This document shows, one piece after another, positions 1 to 8,815 of a stretch of 25,886 bases of DNA (positions are counted from its first letter, which is position 1; the number at the start of each line of letters is the position of its first letter). A program made the translations under genes and the position numbers. The notes below the pieces were generated by a model that worked only from the letters and a program-made list of their open reading frames with translations, searched no databases and was not told the DNA's origin. Location: positions 1 to 25,886 of IMG/VR virus record IMGVR_UViG_3300033067_000375. One strand, written 5' to 3'. The stretch is from a virus. Taxonomy: Duplodnaviria > Caudoviricetes.

Positions 1-367
1 GCGGGTATTCACCGCTGAACCGGTGGAACAGCCCCCGTTGCCGGAGGGTATCGATTGGCCTGAACAGACCCGCCGCTGGTGGGCGAACTGGGGCGCCGAA
101 CCGATGACCGCCGAGTTCCGGACGACGGACTGGGATTTCATGATCGACACCGCGTTCCTCCACGCGAGGGTGTGGGGCCGCGGCGAGGTGAAATTGTTGC
201 CGGAGATTCGGTTGCGGGTGGCCAAGATGGGCGCGACCGGTGAGGACCGGGCACGTTTGCGGATTACGTATGCGCAGGCGGATCAGGCTGAGGATAAGCG
301 GGACCGGAAGGCCGGCGCCGCCGGCGTGGCGGCGCGTTACGACCAACTGCGCGCCGTTGACTTCTAA
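1..367 (+). CDS. terminase small subunit (5' partial)
   Basis: Frame is open from the window edge (RVFTAEPVEQPPLP...). Actinophage small-terminase-like motifs (WPEQTRRWW, DWDFMIDTAFLH, EIRLRVAKMGATGEDRARLRI). TAATG overlap with large terminase. Confidence 0.8.
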   Translation, partial: RVFTAEPVEQPPLPEGIDWPEQTRRWWANWGAEPMTAEFRTTDWDFMIDTAFLHARVWGRGEVKLLPEIRLRVAKMGATGEDRARLRITYAQADQAEDKRDRKAGAAGVAARYDQLRAVDF

Positions 368-1986
368 TGCCGTGGAAACCGCAATATCCCGGTGAGTTCC
401 CGACGCTCGGTTGGTATGCGTTGGATTGGATCACCGAAAACCTCGCGGCCCCTGATCGCACCGAGTATCGACCGCTGATCCTCACCGAGGAACAAGCCAA
501 CTTTGTGTTGCGCTACTACCGCATCGACCCGGCGACGGGTCGGCGCCAATATCGGCGCGCGGTGTGGTCCCGGCCGAAGGGGCACGGGAAGTCGCCGTTC
601 ATGGCCGCGATTGCCGCGTTGGAGGCGTTGGCCGATGTCGTCCCCGACGGATGGGATTCCAATGGGCGGCCGGTGGGCCGGCCATGGTCATCGATCCGCA
701 CCCCGCTAGTGCAGCTCGCCGCGGTGTCTGAGGACCAGACCGCGAACGCCTACCAGCCGTTGTTGGAAATGTTGCGGGAGGGCCCGGTCCTCGACAACTA
801 TCCGGGGCTGGAACCGATGGAAACGTTCGTCAATCTGCCCAAAGGGCGGATTGAGTTCATCACCTCGGCCGCCCGGTCCCGTGAGGGTAACCGCCCGGTG
901 TGGGTGGCTTTGGATCAGACCGAGTCGTGGGTTCCTAGTAATGGTGGGGTGAATCTTGCGGCGGTGATCCGCCGTAACTTGGGCAAGGTCGGCGGGTCAT
1001 CGATTGAAACGCCGAACGCGTTTCTGCCCGGTGAGGATTCGGTGGCCGAACAGTCCGCCTCCTACGCCGCGGCGATAGCGGAGGGACGGGCACGCGACAC
1101 CGCCCTGTTGTATGACCATCGCGAGGCCGCCGCGGATACCGAGTTGGCAGACCGCGACTCACTCATGCGGGGTTTGGAATTCGTCTACGGGGACTCGGCG
1201 GCCGGCGCCGGCGGGTGGGTCGATTTGGACCGCATCGCCGCCGAAGTGTATGACCCCGCAACGGATCCGCAGGACGCCCGCCGCTTCTATTTGAACCAAG
1301 TAACCCATGCCGCCGATTCATGGGTGTCTGGCCCGGAGTGGCGGGCGTGTTATCGGGAAACGGTGGTCGCCGACCGCGACATCATCGTGTTGGGGTTCGA
1401 CGGATCCAAAGGACGAACCCGCGGTAAGGCGGACGCCACCGCCCTGGTGGGGTGTCGGGTGGCGGACGGCCATTTGTTTGAGGTTGAGGTGTGGGAGCAG
1501 CCGTCGGGGCCGACGGGCCGGGACTGGTCGCCGAACGCGGTGCAGGTCGACGCCGCGGTCCGCCGATGCTTTGAACGCTGGCAGGTCGTCGGGTTTTATG
1601 CGGATCCGTCGGGCTGGTCGGAATGGGTGGCGAAATGGGAAGCCGCGTTTGGTCGGCGCCTGCGTATTAAAGCCACTCAGCGGGAGCCGATTTCGGCGTG
1701 GCCGCGGGGTAAGAATGTGGCCGCGGTCGACGCGGTCGAACAACTCCGGGTGTCCATTGTGGCCGGCGAATGCAGCCACGACGGATCTAGCTCCCTGACG
1801 CGGCACGTGTTGAACGCGCGGCGCCGTAAGTCCCGCACCGGCTACTTGATCTATAAGGCATACCCGGAGTCGCCCGACAAAATCGATGCCGCCTACGCCG
1901 CCGTCATGGCGTGGAAGGCCCGCAACGACGCTATCGCCGCCCGTATCAGCGGCCAACAAACCACACGAAAGGTCCGGGTGATGTAA
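367..1986 (+). CDS. terminase large subunit
   Basis: 539 aa. Walker A-like RPKGHGKS, Walker B-like VALDQTE, RNase H-like nuclease motifs LGFDGS...DATAL and KIDAAYAAVMA. Lies upstream of portal. Confidence 0.95.
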   Translation: MPWKPQYPGEFPTLGWYALDWITENLAAPDRTEYRPLILTEEQANFVLRYYRIDPATGRRQYRRAVWSRPKGHGKSPFMAAIAALEALADVVPDGWDSNGRPVGRPWSSIRTPLVQLAAVSEDQTANAYQPLLEMLREGPVLDNYPGLEPMETFVNLPKGRIEFITSAARSREGNRPVWVALDQTESWVPSNGGVNLAAVIRRNLGKVGGSSIETPNAFLPGEDSVAEQSASYAAAIAEGRARDTALLYDHREAAADTELADRDSLMRGLEFVYGDSAAGAGGWVDLDRIAAEVYDPATDPQDARRFYLNQVTHAADSWVSGPEWRACYRETVVADRDIIVLGFDGSKGRTRGKADATALVGCRVADGHLFEVEVWEQPSGPTGRDWSPNAVQVDAAVRRCFERWQVVGFYADPSGWSEWVAKWEAAFGRRLRIKATQREPISAWPRGKNVAAVDAVEQLRVSIVAGECSHDGSSSLTRHVLNARRRKSRTGYLIYKAYPESPDKIDAAYAAVMAWKARNDAIAARISGQQTTRKVRVM

Positions 1987-1989
1987 GCC

Positions 1990-3441
1990 ATGACCGATTT
2001 GGCTATCCCCGACCTCGACCCGGTCGACCAGGACACCCTTTACGAACTGCACAACCAGCTTGAGGAACGGTTGCCGCGGAACACGGTCCGCGCCCAATAC
2101 TACGATTCGCGTTACCTGCTGCGGAATTTGAACATCGCGATCCCGCCGAAGTTCGCCACGTTCGACACAGTGTTGGGGTGGCCGGCTAAGGCGGTCGACT
2201 CACTGTCCCGCCGCTGCAATTTGGACGGGTTCGTCATCGCTGGCCAGAACGTTCAGGACTTGGGCATCGATGAGTTGTGGGACACCAACAACATGGACAT
2301 CGAAGCGTCGATGGCCCACGACTCGGCGTTCATTCATTCGTGCGCGTTCATTTGCACCATCAACGGCGACACCGAGGCCGGCGAACCGGACGTGTTGATG
2401 ATGGTGAAGGACGCCAACAACGCCACCGGGTTGTGGGATCCCCGCAAACGTGCCCTTAAGGCGGCGCTATCCATCATTGACCGGGACTGCGAGTCCGGGT
2501 TGGCGTTACAGCTCATCATGTATCTACCGGATCGGGTTATCACGATGACCCGGGACCGGATTGGTGGAACGTGGACGGTTGATGACCGTGCGCATTCGTT
2601 GGGTCGGGTTCCGGTCGAGTTGCTGTCGTACCGGCCGCGTTTGGCCCGCCCATTCGGATCCTCGCGGATTTCCCGCCCGGTGATGTCGCTGACCGATTCG
2701 GCGTTGCGCACGATTGTGCGCTCAGAGATCGGCGCCGAGTTTTACACCACCCCGCAACGGTGGGCGTTGAACTTCCCCGCCTCCGCCTTTGAAGGGGACG
2801 GTTGGCAGGCCATCATGGGCCGGGTTTGGTCGATTGAACCGCCCACGATGGACGACAACGTGGATCCGGCGTTCAAACCGGAAGTCGGGCAGTTCCCGCA
2901 GATGACGATGCAACCGCATATCGATCAGATGCGGTTGTTCGCCATGCTGTTCGCCGCCGAAACGTCGTTGCCGGTGTCCTCGCTTGGGATTGTGCAGGAC
3001 AACCCCGCCTCCGCTGAAGCGTTGTATGCGTCTAAAGAGGAATTGGTGATTGAGGCTGAACGCGCTGATAGGGCGTTCGGTGTGGGCTGGTGCCGCGCGG
3101 TGCGCAACGCCTTCCAGTTGGCTAACGGGTTGTCGGAGTTGCCGCCGGAGTTGTTGAAGTTGCGGGCGAAATGGCGTGACCCGGCCACCCCGTCGCAGGC
3201 GTCGGCCGCGGATGCGGTGACCAAACAGGTGGCGACGTTCCCGTGGTTGGCGGACTCTGAAGTTCCGCTGGAGAAGATGGGTTGGGACCGCACCGATATT
3301 GAACGGGCGTTGGCCGATAAGCGTCGGGCGAACGTGACGCAGGTGGTGAACGCGTTGTCCACGGCGGCCGCTACGGGGGCGCCGCTACAGGCGCCGACCG
3401 GCGCAATGATGGACCCCAATGCCGCCGGTATCAACGGCTGA
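1990..3441 (+). CDS. portal protein (SPP1 gp6-like)
   Basis: 483 aa. Motifs GWPAKAVD, RPFGSSRISRPVM, EFYTTPQR, NPASAEAL, WRDPATPS typical of actinophage portals. Follows terminase. Confidence 0.93.
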   Translation: MTDLAIPDLDPVDQDTLYELHNQLEERLPRNTVRAQYYDSRYLLRNLNIAIPPKFATFDTVLGWPAKAVDSLSRRCNLDGFVIAGQNVQDLGIDELWDTNNMDIEASMAHDSAFIHSCAFICTINGDTEAGEPDVLMMVKDANNATGLWDPRKRALKAALSIIDRDCESGLALQLIMYLPDRVITMTRDRIGGTWTVDDRAHSLGRVPVELLSYRPRLARPFGSSRISRPVMSLTDSALRTIVRSEIGAEFYTTPQRWALNFPASAFEGDGWQAIMGRVWSIEPPTMDDNVDPAFKPEVGQFPQMTMQPHIDQMRLFAMLFAAETSLPVSSLGIVQDNPASAEALYASKEELVIEAERADRAFGVGWCRAVRNAFQLANGLSELPPELLKLRAKWRDPATPSQASAADAVTKQVATFPWLADSEVPLEKMGWDRTDIERALADKRRANVTQVVNALSTAAATGAPLQAPTGAMMDPNAAGING

Positions 3442-3940
3442 ACGCCGCTACCTACTCAACCGGCTTAACGGTATCGCCAAAACCCAACTTGATGCGTTGT
3501 GGGATCAGGCCCTCGACGCCGAGGATTTCGCCAAAGCGGTGATTGAGGCGTTCCCGATCCTGGTGGACCGCTACCGCGAGTTGGCCGGCCAATTGGCCGC
3601 GACATGGTTTGAGGATGCCGACCCGGAGTCGGATTACATCGCCAAGGTTGCACCGCCCCCACCGGATGAGAAGCTAGCCAATTCGGCGGATTGGGCGTTG
3701 GGGGCTACCGGCCGCGACGGGTTGGACCGGTTAGCCGGAACGATGCAACGCACCATTTACGACGGTGCGCGCGCCACCATCCTGTTAAACGTTGTGGCGA
3801 CACGGGGTTCGTGGATCCGTGAGGCCGAGGCCGACGCCTGCGATTTCTGCCAGGAACTAGAGGGCGAATATTCGGTTGAGGATTCGGCCGGGTTTGAGGC
3901 CCATGACCACTGTCAGTGCATGGCAGTCGAAAGCCGTTAA
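3419..3940 (+). CDS. MuF-like minor capsid / 'capsid maturation protease' family protein
   Basis: 173 aa between portal and scaffold, with C-terminal ACDFC...HDHCQC Cys/His motif. Confidence 0.75.
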   Translation: MPPVSTAERRYLLNRLNGIAKTQLDALWDQALDAEDFAKAVIEAFPILVDRYRELAGQLAATWFEDADPESDYIAKVAPPPPDEKLANSADWALGATGRDGLDRLAGTMQRTIYDGARATILLNVVATRGSWIREAEADACDFCQELEGEYSVEDSAGFEAHDHCQCMAVESR

Positions 3941-3955
3941 CCAGTAACAGACTTC

Positions 3956-4020
3956 GCCACCCTTGTGGCAAAGAACACCGACCAGCGATTTGGCCGGTGT
4001 TTTCCCCTGCGATAGAGGAA
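3956..4020 (+). promoter_or_regulatory. three tandem hairpins upstream of the scaffold gene, the last overlapping the Shine-Dalgarno
   Basis: GCCAC/GTGGC (3956-3969); AACACCG/CGGTGTT (3974-4001); TTCCCCT/AGAGGAA (4002-4020, one mismatch). Confidence 0.45.
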
Positions 4021-4026
4021 CAACAA

Positions 4027-4524
4027 TTGTCCGACGACAGCACCACCACCGCACCATCGGAAACCACCACCACCACAGACGAGGTGAGCGACTCACCAGA
4101 AGCGTTGGGGGAGGGTGGCATCAAGGCTTTGACCGCTGAACGGCGCCGCGCTAACGCCGCCGAAAAAGAGGCCAAAGCGTTGAAGGCCCGCCTTGATGAG
4201 ATTGAGGCGGCCAAACTGTCCGACACCGAAAAGGCTGACAGGCGGGCCGCCGAGGCGGAGGCCCGCGCTATTGCAGCAGAGGCCAGTGCGCAGCGATTCC
4301 GCATTGCCACCCGGTTCGGCATGACCGATGAAGAGGCCGACGTTATCCTCACCGGCCCCGATGAGGACACGATGGTCAAACAGGCCGAATTATTCACCGC
4401 GAGAACGAAACAGGCCAAACCAGAGGGTGTGCGGGTGCCCGCCGAGGGCAAAGTTCCGGCGCCGCCGGCGCTCAACAGCGACGACCTTGAGTCGGCGCTG
4501 AAAGCCAAACTCAACATCCGCTGA
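4027..4524 (+). CDS. capsid scaffolding protein
   Basis: Likely TTG start at 4027 after AGAGGAA. Acidic/Thr-rich N-terminus, LGEGGIKALTAERRR and coiled coil. Directly upstream of capsid. 165 aa. Confidence 0.85.
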   Translation: MSDDSTTTAPSETTTTTDEVSDSPEALGEGGIKALTAERRRANAAEKEAKALKARLDEIEAAKLSDTEKADRRAAEAEARAIAAEASAQRFRIATRFGMTDEEADVILTGPDEDTMVKQAELFTARTKQAKPEGVRVPAEGKVPAPPALNSDDLESALKAKLNIR

Positions 4525-4556
4525 CCAGCGGATAACTACCTGAAAGGAGGGTTGCT

Positions 4557-5459
4557 GTGGCTCAGTCCGATGCAACCAAAACTAGTGATTTCTCCGGGTT
4601 CCTGAACCCGACGATTTCACAGCCCTATTTCGATGAGGCCCGTAAGCGGTCCACCGTGATGCAGTTGGCCCGCCAGATCCCTTTGGGGATCAACGGTCAG
4701 GAGATCCCCTACTCGGTGAGCAAGGCGACCGCGACGTGGGTGTCTGAGGCTTCGCAAAAGACGGCCACCGAATCGGCCATCGCCCTGAAGTCCATCACCC
4801 CGCACAAGATCGCCGCCATTTCGGTGGTGTCTGCTGAGGTCGTCCGGGCGAACCCGGGTAACTACATGCAGATCCTCCGCGATGACATCGCCGAGGCGTT
4901 CGCCATCGCGTTCGATAACGCGGTCCTGCACGGCACGTCGTCACCGTTCGACAACTACCTTGACGAGACCGCCTACAGTGTCGCGTTTGGCACCACCGCG
5001 CAGGACGACGGTGGCGTGTACGGCGACGTGGTGGCCGGCCTGTCGGATCTGGTCAACGCCGGCAAGAAGCTGACCGGGTTTGCGTTCGACCGTGTGGTTG
5101 AGCCGGTGTTCCTCGGCGGTGTGGACGGCAACGGCCGCCCCCTGTTCGTGGAAACCCCGCTGGCCGACACCACCGCCGCCGTCACCCCCGGGCGCCTGAT
5201 CGGGCGGCCGACGATGCTGGGCGACAACGTCGCCAACGCCGGCGTGGTCGGCTACGGCGGTGACTGGTCCCAGATCGTGTGGGGTGCTGTTGGCGGCATC
5301 TCCTACAAGGTCAGCACCGAGGCCACTGTCACCGTCGGCGGATCCCTGGTGTCCCTGTTCGAAAACAACCTCGTCGCGATCCTGGCGGAGGCTGAATATG
5401 GGTGTCTCGTTAATGATCATGACGCCTTTGTTCAGTTCACGTACACGCCTGGTAGCTAG
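4557..5459 (+). CDS. major capsid protein (HK97 fold)
   Basis: 300 aa, SD GAAAGGAGG. Motifs WVSEASQK, KIAAISVVSAEVVRANP, DGNGRPLF, GDWSQ, SLFENNLVAILAEAEYG. Confidence 0.95.
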   Translation: MAQSDATKTSDFSGFLNPTISQPYFDEARKRSTVMQLARQIPLGINGQEIPYSVSKATATWVSEASQKTATESAIALKSITPHKIAAISVVSAEVVRANPGNYMQILRDDIAEAFAIAFDNAVLHGTSSPFDNYLDETAYSVAFGTTAQDDGGVYGDVVAGLSDLVNAGKKLTGFAFDRVVEPVFLGGVDGNGRPLFVETPLADTTAAVTPGRLIGRPTMLGDNVANAGVVGYGGDWSQIVWGAVGGISYKVSTEATVTVGGSLVSLFENNLVAILAEAEYGCLVNDHDAFVQFTYTPGS

Positions 5460-5485
5460 CAGGTAGAGCAGGAAAGGGCCGGCCC

Positions 5486-5869
5486 GTGGCTGTCACGCTG
5501 AGCGTTGAGGACGATCTGGTTCCGTTCGCACCGAATATCGATGCGACGAAGGCGGAAATCATGATTGTTGACGCGTTGGCGTTGGCGGCCCGGGCCGCCC
5601 CCTGCATCAACGACGACGACTTCCCCTACGCGGATGCGGCCAAAGCGATTCTCCGCGGCGCCATCCTCCGCTGGAACGATAGTTCGACCGGCGCCGCCGT
5701 CACACAGTTAGTCGCCGGCCCCCAACAGGTCACGTTCGCCCCCGAACCCCGCAAGTCGTTGTTGTGGCCGTCAGAGAACGCGGCCCTCGCCAGGTTGTGT
5801 TCGGATTCGGGTCCGCGGACCGCCTACATGGTGGACACCCTCCCACCTGATGAGGTTGAGGGATCCTAG
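5486..5869 (+). CDS. head-to-tail adaptor
   Basis: 127 aa immediately after capsid. APCI...AAKAILRGAILRW motif. Confidence 0.8.
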   Translation: MAVTLSVEDDLVPFAPNIDATKAEIMIVDALALAARAAPCINDDDFPYADAAKAILRGAILRWNDSSTGAAVTQLVAGPQQVTFAPEPRKSLLWPSENAALARLCSDSGPRTAYMVDTLPPDEVEGS

Positions 5870-6240
5870 TGGAGGCGACGGTCGAGGTCACTGTCGACAC
5901 CTACGCGTCCGGCGACCCGGACCGGTTGGGTGTCACCGAACCCGACTACACCACCACCACGGGCCTTTACGCCTACTGGTTGTTGACGAAGTCGCAAACC
6001 AACGACACCGTCGTCGGCACCTACACCGAAACCGGTGAGCTCGGTGTCCCTTCAACATTCCCCACCGTGGCGCCCGGAGACAAGATCACCGTGGCCGGCC
6101 GGGTGTGGGCGGTCGACGGTGATCCGGTCGACTACAGCCTCGGCCCCTTCACCGACAGGTGGGTCACGTTGACCGGTGAAAAGCCGTGCACGGTGATTCA
6201 TTTGCGGCGCGTGGTCAACACCATCCCGGGAGGATCCTGA
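5869..6240 (+). CDS. head-to-tail stopper
   Basis: 123 aa, synteny, PGDKITVAGRVWAVDGDPVDY motif. TAGTG coupling to the upstream gene. Confidence 0.7.
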   Translation: MEATVEVTVDTYASGDPDRLGVTEPDYTTTTGLYAYWLLTKSQTNDTVVGTYTETGELGVPSTFPTVAPGDKITVAGRVWAVDGDPVDYSLGPFTDRWVTLTGEKPCTVIHLRRVVNTIPGGS

Positions 6241-6563
6241 TGGCCGGCCTAGACGATGTCGACCTAGAGAAGATCAGCCCGGAGGAACTCCAAAAACTGA
6301 TCGACGCCGACCCCCGCGTTGTCGCCGCGAAAAAAGAATTCGCCCAACAGGCCGCCGAATACTGGCAGTCCAGCAGCCCCGTCGGCGAAGGCGACTACCG
6401 GGACAGCATCACCGTTCACCAGGACGGCGCCGGGGTGTGGATCACCGCCCACGACTTCAAAGCCCATTGGATTGAGTACGGCACCGTCGACACCCCCGAA
6501 TTCGCGCCGCGCCAAAAAACCGACGAACATTTCCGCACCATCGACTTCACGGTCGACCTATGA
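6240..6563 (+). CDS. HK97 gp10-like neck protein
   Basis: Start at TGATG overlap (6240). SPVGEGDYRDSI...AHWIEYGT motif. 107 aa. Confidence 0.75.
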   Translation: MAGLDDVDLEKISPEELQKLIDADPRVVAAKKEFAQQAAEYWQSSSPVGEGDYRDSITVHQDGAGVWITAHDFKAHWIEYGTVDTPEFAPRQKTDEHFRTIDFTVDL

Positions 6564-6994
6564 CCATCGAACTACTCGATTCCGCACCGCCTAACGCTGA
6601 GGAAACCGTCGTCGCTTGGTTGGCGGAGCTGGGCCGCGCCGGCGTGCTCCGCAAACCGACGGACCCGTTGCCGTTCCGCCTGGTTCACCGCGTCACCGGA
6701 ACCGACGACCTCAACATCGGATCCGACGACGCCGTGGTATCGATCCACACCTTTGACGCGACGATGGACGGCGCCTCCGCCGAGGCCGACCGCACCCACG
6801 CCCGCATGCTGTACCTCGCTAAAAACTCGCTCACCAACATCGATTTGATCGACGGCACCACCGCCAACGTCGATTTCGTGAACACCGTCGAAAAGCCGAT
6901 CTACGTCGAATACGGGGATCCGGGCACGTTCCGCTATGTGGCCCGCTACAGGGTCGGGTTCTCGTTCGTCACCACCGTCATCGACGGTTCCTAG
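6560..6994 (+). CDS. tail terminator
   Basis: 144 aa. PNAEETVVAWL, LPFRLVHRVTG, DAVVSIHTF, RYVARY. Just upstream of major tail. Confidence 0.8.
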   Translation: MTIELLDSAPPNAEETVVAWLAELGRAGVLRKPTDPLPFRLVHRVTGTDDLNIGSDDAVVSIHTFDATMDGASAEADRTHARMLYLAKNSLTNIDLIDGTTANVDFVNTVEKPIYVEYGDPGTFRYVARYRVGFSFVTTVIDGS

Positions 6995-7062
6995 ATTTCA
7001 GCCCAACCAGCCTTTGCCGGTCCTGTCCGGTTCGCTCCACACCTGAAAGGGAAACAGTCACT

Positions 7063-7875
7063 ATGACAGCACAACCCGGAACCGGCACCACGTGGGAGGC
7101 CGGCGGTTTCAACGATATCGACTCTAGGCTCGCCGAACGCGGCGGCCTACAGGCGGTGTTGATTCGCGACTACCGCGGATCCGACACCAACATTTCGCCG
7201 TTTGACGACGACTGCACCACGGTCACGTGGTCGCCGTTCGCCGCCGACAACACCCTTCGCGCCGATCTGTTCGCCCGCACCCTGGTCGACGGCATCTGGA
7301 CCACCAACCTAACCGCCAATGAGGGCTGGTTCTACATCGGTGCGCAGACGGAAAAGGGTGGCGCGGAACGTAACCCGAACACCAAGTCTGACGACATGAT
7401 GGTCCTGCAGTCGCCGTACCCGTTCGACTCGGATGTCATCACTAAGACTAAGACGGTGAAGTTCGCCGCGGTCCAGACGGCGGATCCGCTGATTCACCGG
7501 CTGGAAGCCGACCTGCGTTTGCAGGATGAGAACGGCGCCAGCCTGGTCCCCGACATGGGCGGCGCCGACTACGGCGTGGGATCTAAGGCCGACATCGACA
7601 CCGTGGAACGCCAACTGTTGCTGGTGTACGCAAAGCGGAAGGCCGGAAAGTTCACCTACCGCGTCGAGGGCTACCCGCTGGTGAAGTTCGACGCGCAGGC
7701 CCGCAAATCCCGGTCAAAGACTGACCCCGACACCGCGGAACTCACCTACAAGGTGTTGCCGGATCCGTACTTCATGATCCCGGACCCGGATGGTGCCACC
7801 GAGTTGGTGCCCGGTATCGACTGGGTGTGGTACGGCGGCGACGGCTGGACCGACCTGGCGCCGGCTGGCAGCTAA
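7063..7875 (+). CDS. major tail (tube) protein
   Basis: 270 aa, SD CCTGAAAGGG. ERGGLQAVLIRDYRG and SKTDPDTAELTYKVLPDPYFM motifs. Precedes the tail chaperones. Confidence 0.88.
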   Translation: MTAQPGTGTTWEAGGFNDIDSRLAERGGLQAVLIRDYRGSDTNISPFDDDCTTVTWSPFAADNTLRADLFARTLVDGIWTTNLTANEGWFYIGAQTEKGGAERNPNTKSDDMMVLQSPYPFDSDVITKTKTVKFAAVQTADPLIHRLEADLRLQDENGASLVPDMGGADYGVGSKADIDTVERQLLLVYAKRKAGKFTYRVEGYPLVKFDAQARKSRSKTDPDTAELTYKVLPDPYFMIPDPDGATELVPGIDWVWYGGDGWTDLAPAGS

Positions 7876-7884
7876 ATCAAAGCC

Positions 7885-7957
7885 CCCGCCCGGGCAGTGT
7901 TGTTTCGGTTGGGCTGAACTACTGCCCGGGCGGGCCTCCCACATTCTCAGCCCAACC
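7885..7957 (+). promoter_or_regulatory. 14-bp inverted repeat whose loop is complementary to downstream sequence (candidate pseudoknot, switch or terminator)
   Basis: CCCGCCCGGGCAGT (7885-7898) / ACTGCCCGGGCGGG (7921-7934). Loop GGTTGGGCTGA is complementary to TCAGCCCAACC (7947-7957). Confidence 0.7.
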
Positions 7958-7995
7958 ATGTAAACCCAACCCTCTCTGAAAGATGTAGCCCAGCC

Positions 7996-8466
7996 ATGAA
8001 AAACCTTCGCTATAACAGTCCGCTTGAGGCACGCCAGCAGGCGGCCGACGCCCAAGGGTTCGCCGCCAGCCTTGAAATCAAAGCCGGTGACGAAGTTTTC
8101 GAGGTTCCGCAACGCGGACTGTTGGACGACGACCAGGCGGAACGTTTAGCCGAGTTGGATATCGAAACCGAGTCGTGGGACCGCAACCCCGACATCACGT
8201 TGGACAACGGCACTGTTCTGCCCGGTCCGCTCAAGCGCCCGTACCGCAAAAACGGCAAGTTGGTGAAGCCGTCGTATGCGGTGCGGGTCGCTATCGCCTT
8301 GTGGGGTGAAGAAAAGTACGCCCGCTACAAGGCGGCCGGCGGGCGGGCCTCTGATGTGACGGCCGCGTTGGCCCAGTTGGACCGTAGGCTCACAGAGCGG
8401 GCCGATGCGGATCCCAAAAGTGTGGGAGATGCTAGCCCGGATCCGGCTGTGGCCGAGGGAGATTGA
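7996..8466 (+). CDS. tail assembly chaperone (short form, lambda gpG equivalent)
   Basis: 156 aa between major tail and tape measure; overlaps a second ORF in another frame. Confidence 0.85.
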   Translation: MKNLRYNSPLEARQQAADAQGFAASLEIKAGDEVFEVPQRGLLDDDQAERLAELDIETESWDRNPDITLDNGTVLPGPLKRPYRKNGKLVKPSYAVRVAIALWGEEKYARYKAAGGRASDVTAALAQLDRRLTERADADPKSVGDASPDPAVAEGD

Positions 8467-8815
8467 GGCCGACCTTCAACGCGAATACGGTGTTGATGTC
8501 GCCGACTGGCATACCGGCCGGCTGACATCGCGCCGCGCCCTGGTGTTCCTCGACCAACTGTCGGAGGAATCCGGCTACAAACGCGAGTTTGAACGCGACG
8601 GCAACTGGCCGCCGTGGCAACAGATGCTTAAAGATTTGCACAACGAAACCGCGCTGCACCGCGCAGGCCTGTATGCCGGCGGCGAGAACGCCTACACACC
8701 AACCATGTATCTCGACCCGGTGGAGTTGCGGAAACGCATCGCCGAGGCCGAGGAACTACAGGAATTCCGCGAACAAGCTGAAAGCGAGTTGTATGGCAAC
8801 CTTGGGTGGTCGTAA
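8413..8815 (+). CDS. tail assembly chaperone C-terminal extension (gpGT equivalent) reached by programmed frameshift
   Basis: The +1 frame is open from 8360 to TAA 8813-8815. CCCAAAA at 8413-8419. Predicted fusion about 272 aa (...ADADPK-VWEMLARIRLWPREIEADL...). Confidence 0.75.

Noticed and set aside
3916-4026. Longer scaffold start (ATG 3916)
   Set aside because: It runs through the hairpin region and overlaps the upstream gene; SD plus TTG at 4027 fits better.
4538-7983. CTGAAAG upstream of the capsid, major tail and chaperone genes
   Set aside because: Largely explained as GAAAGG-type Shine-Dalgarno context; too short to call an operator.
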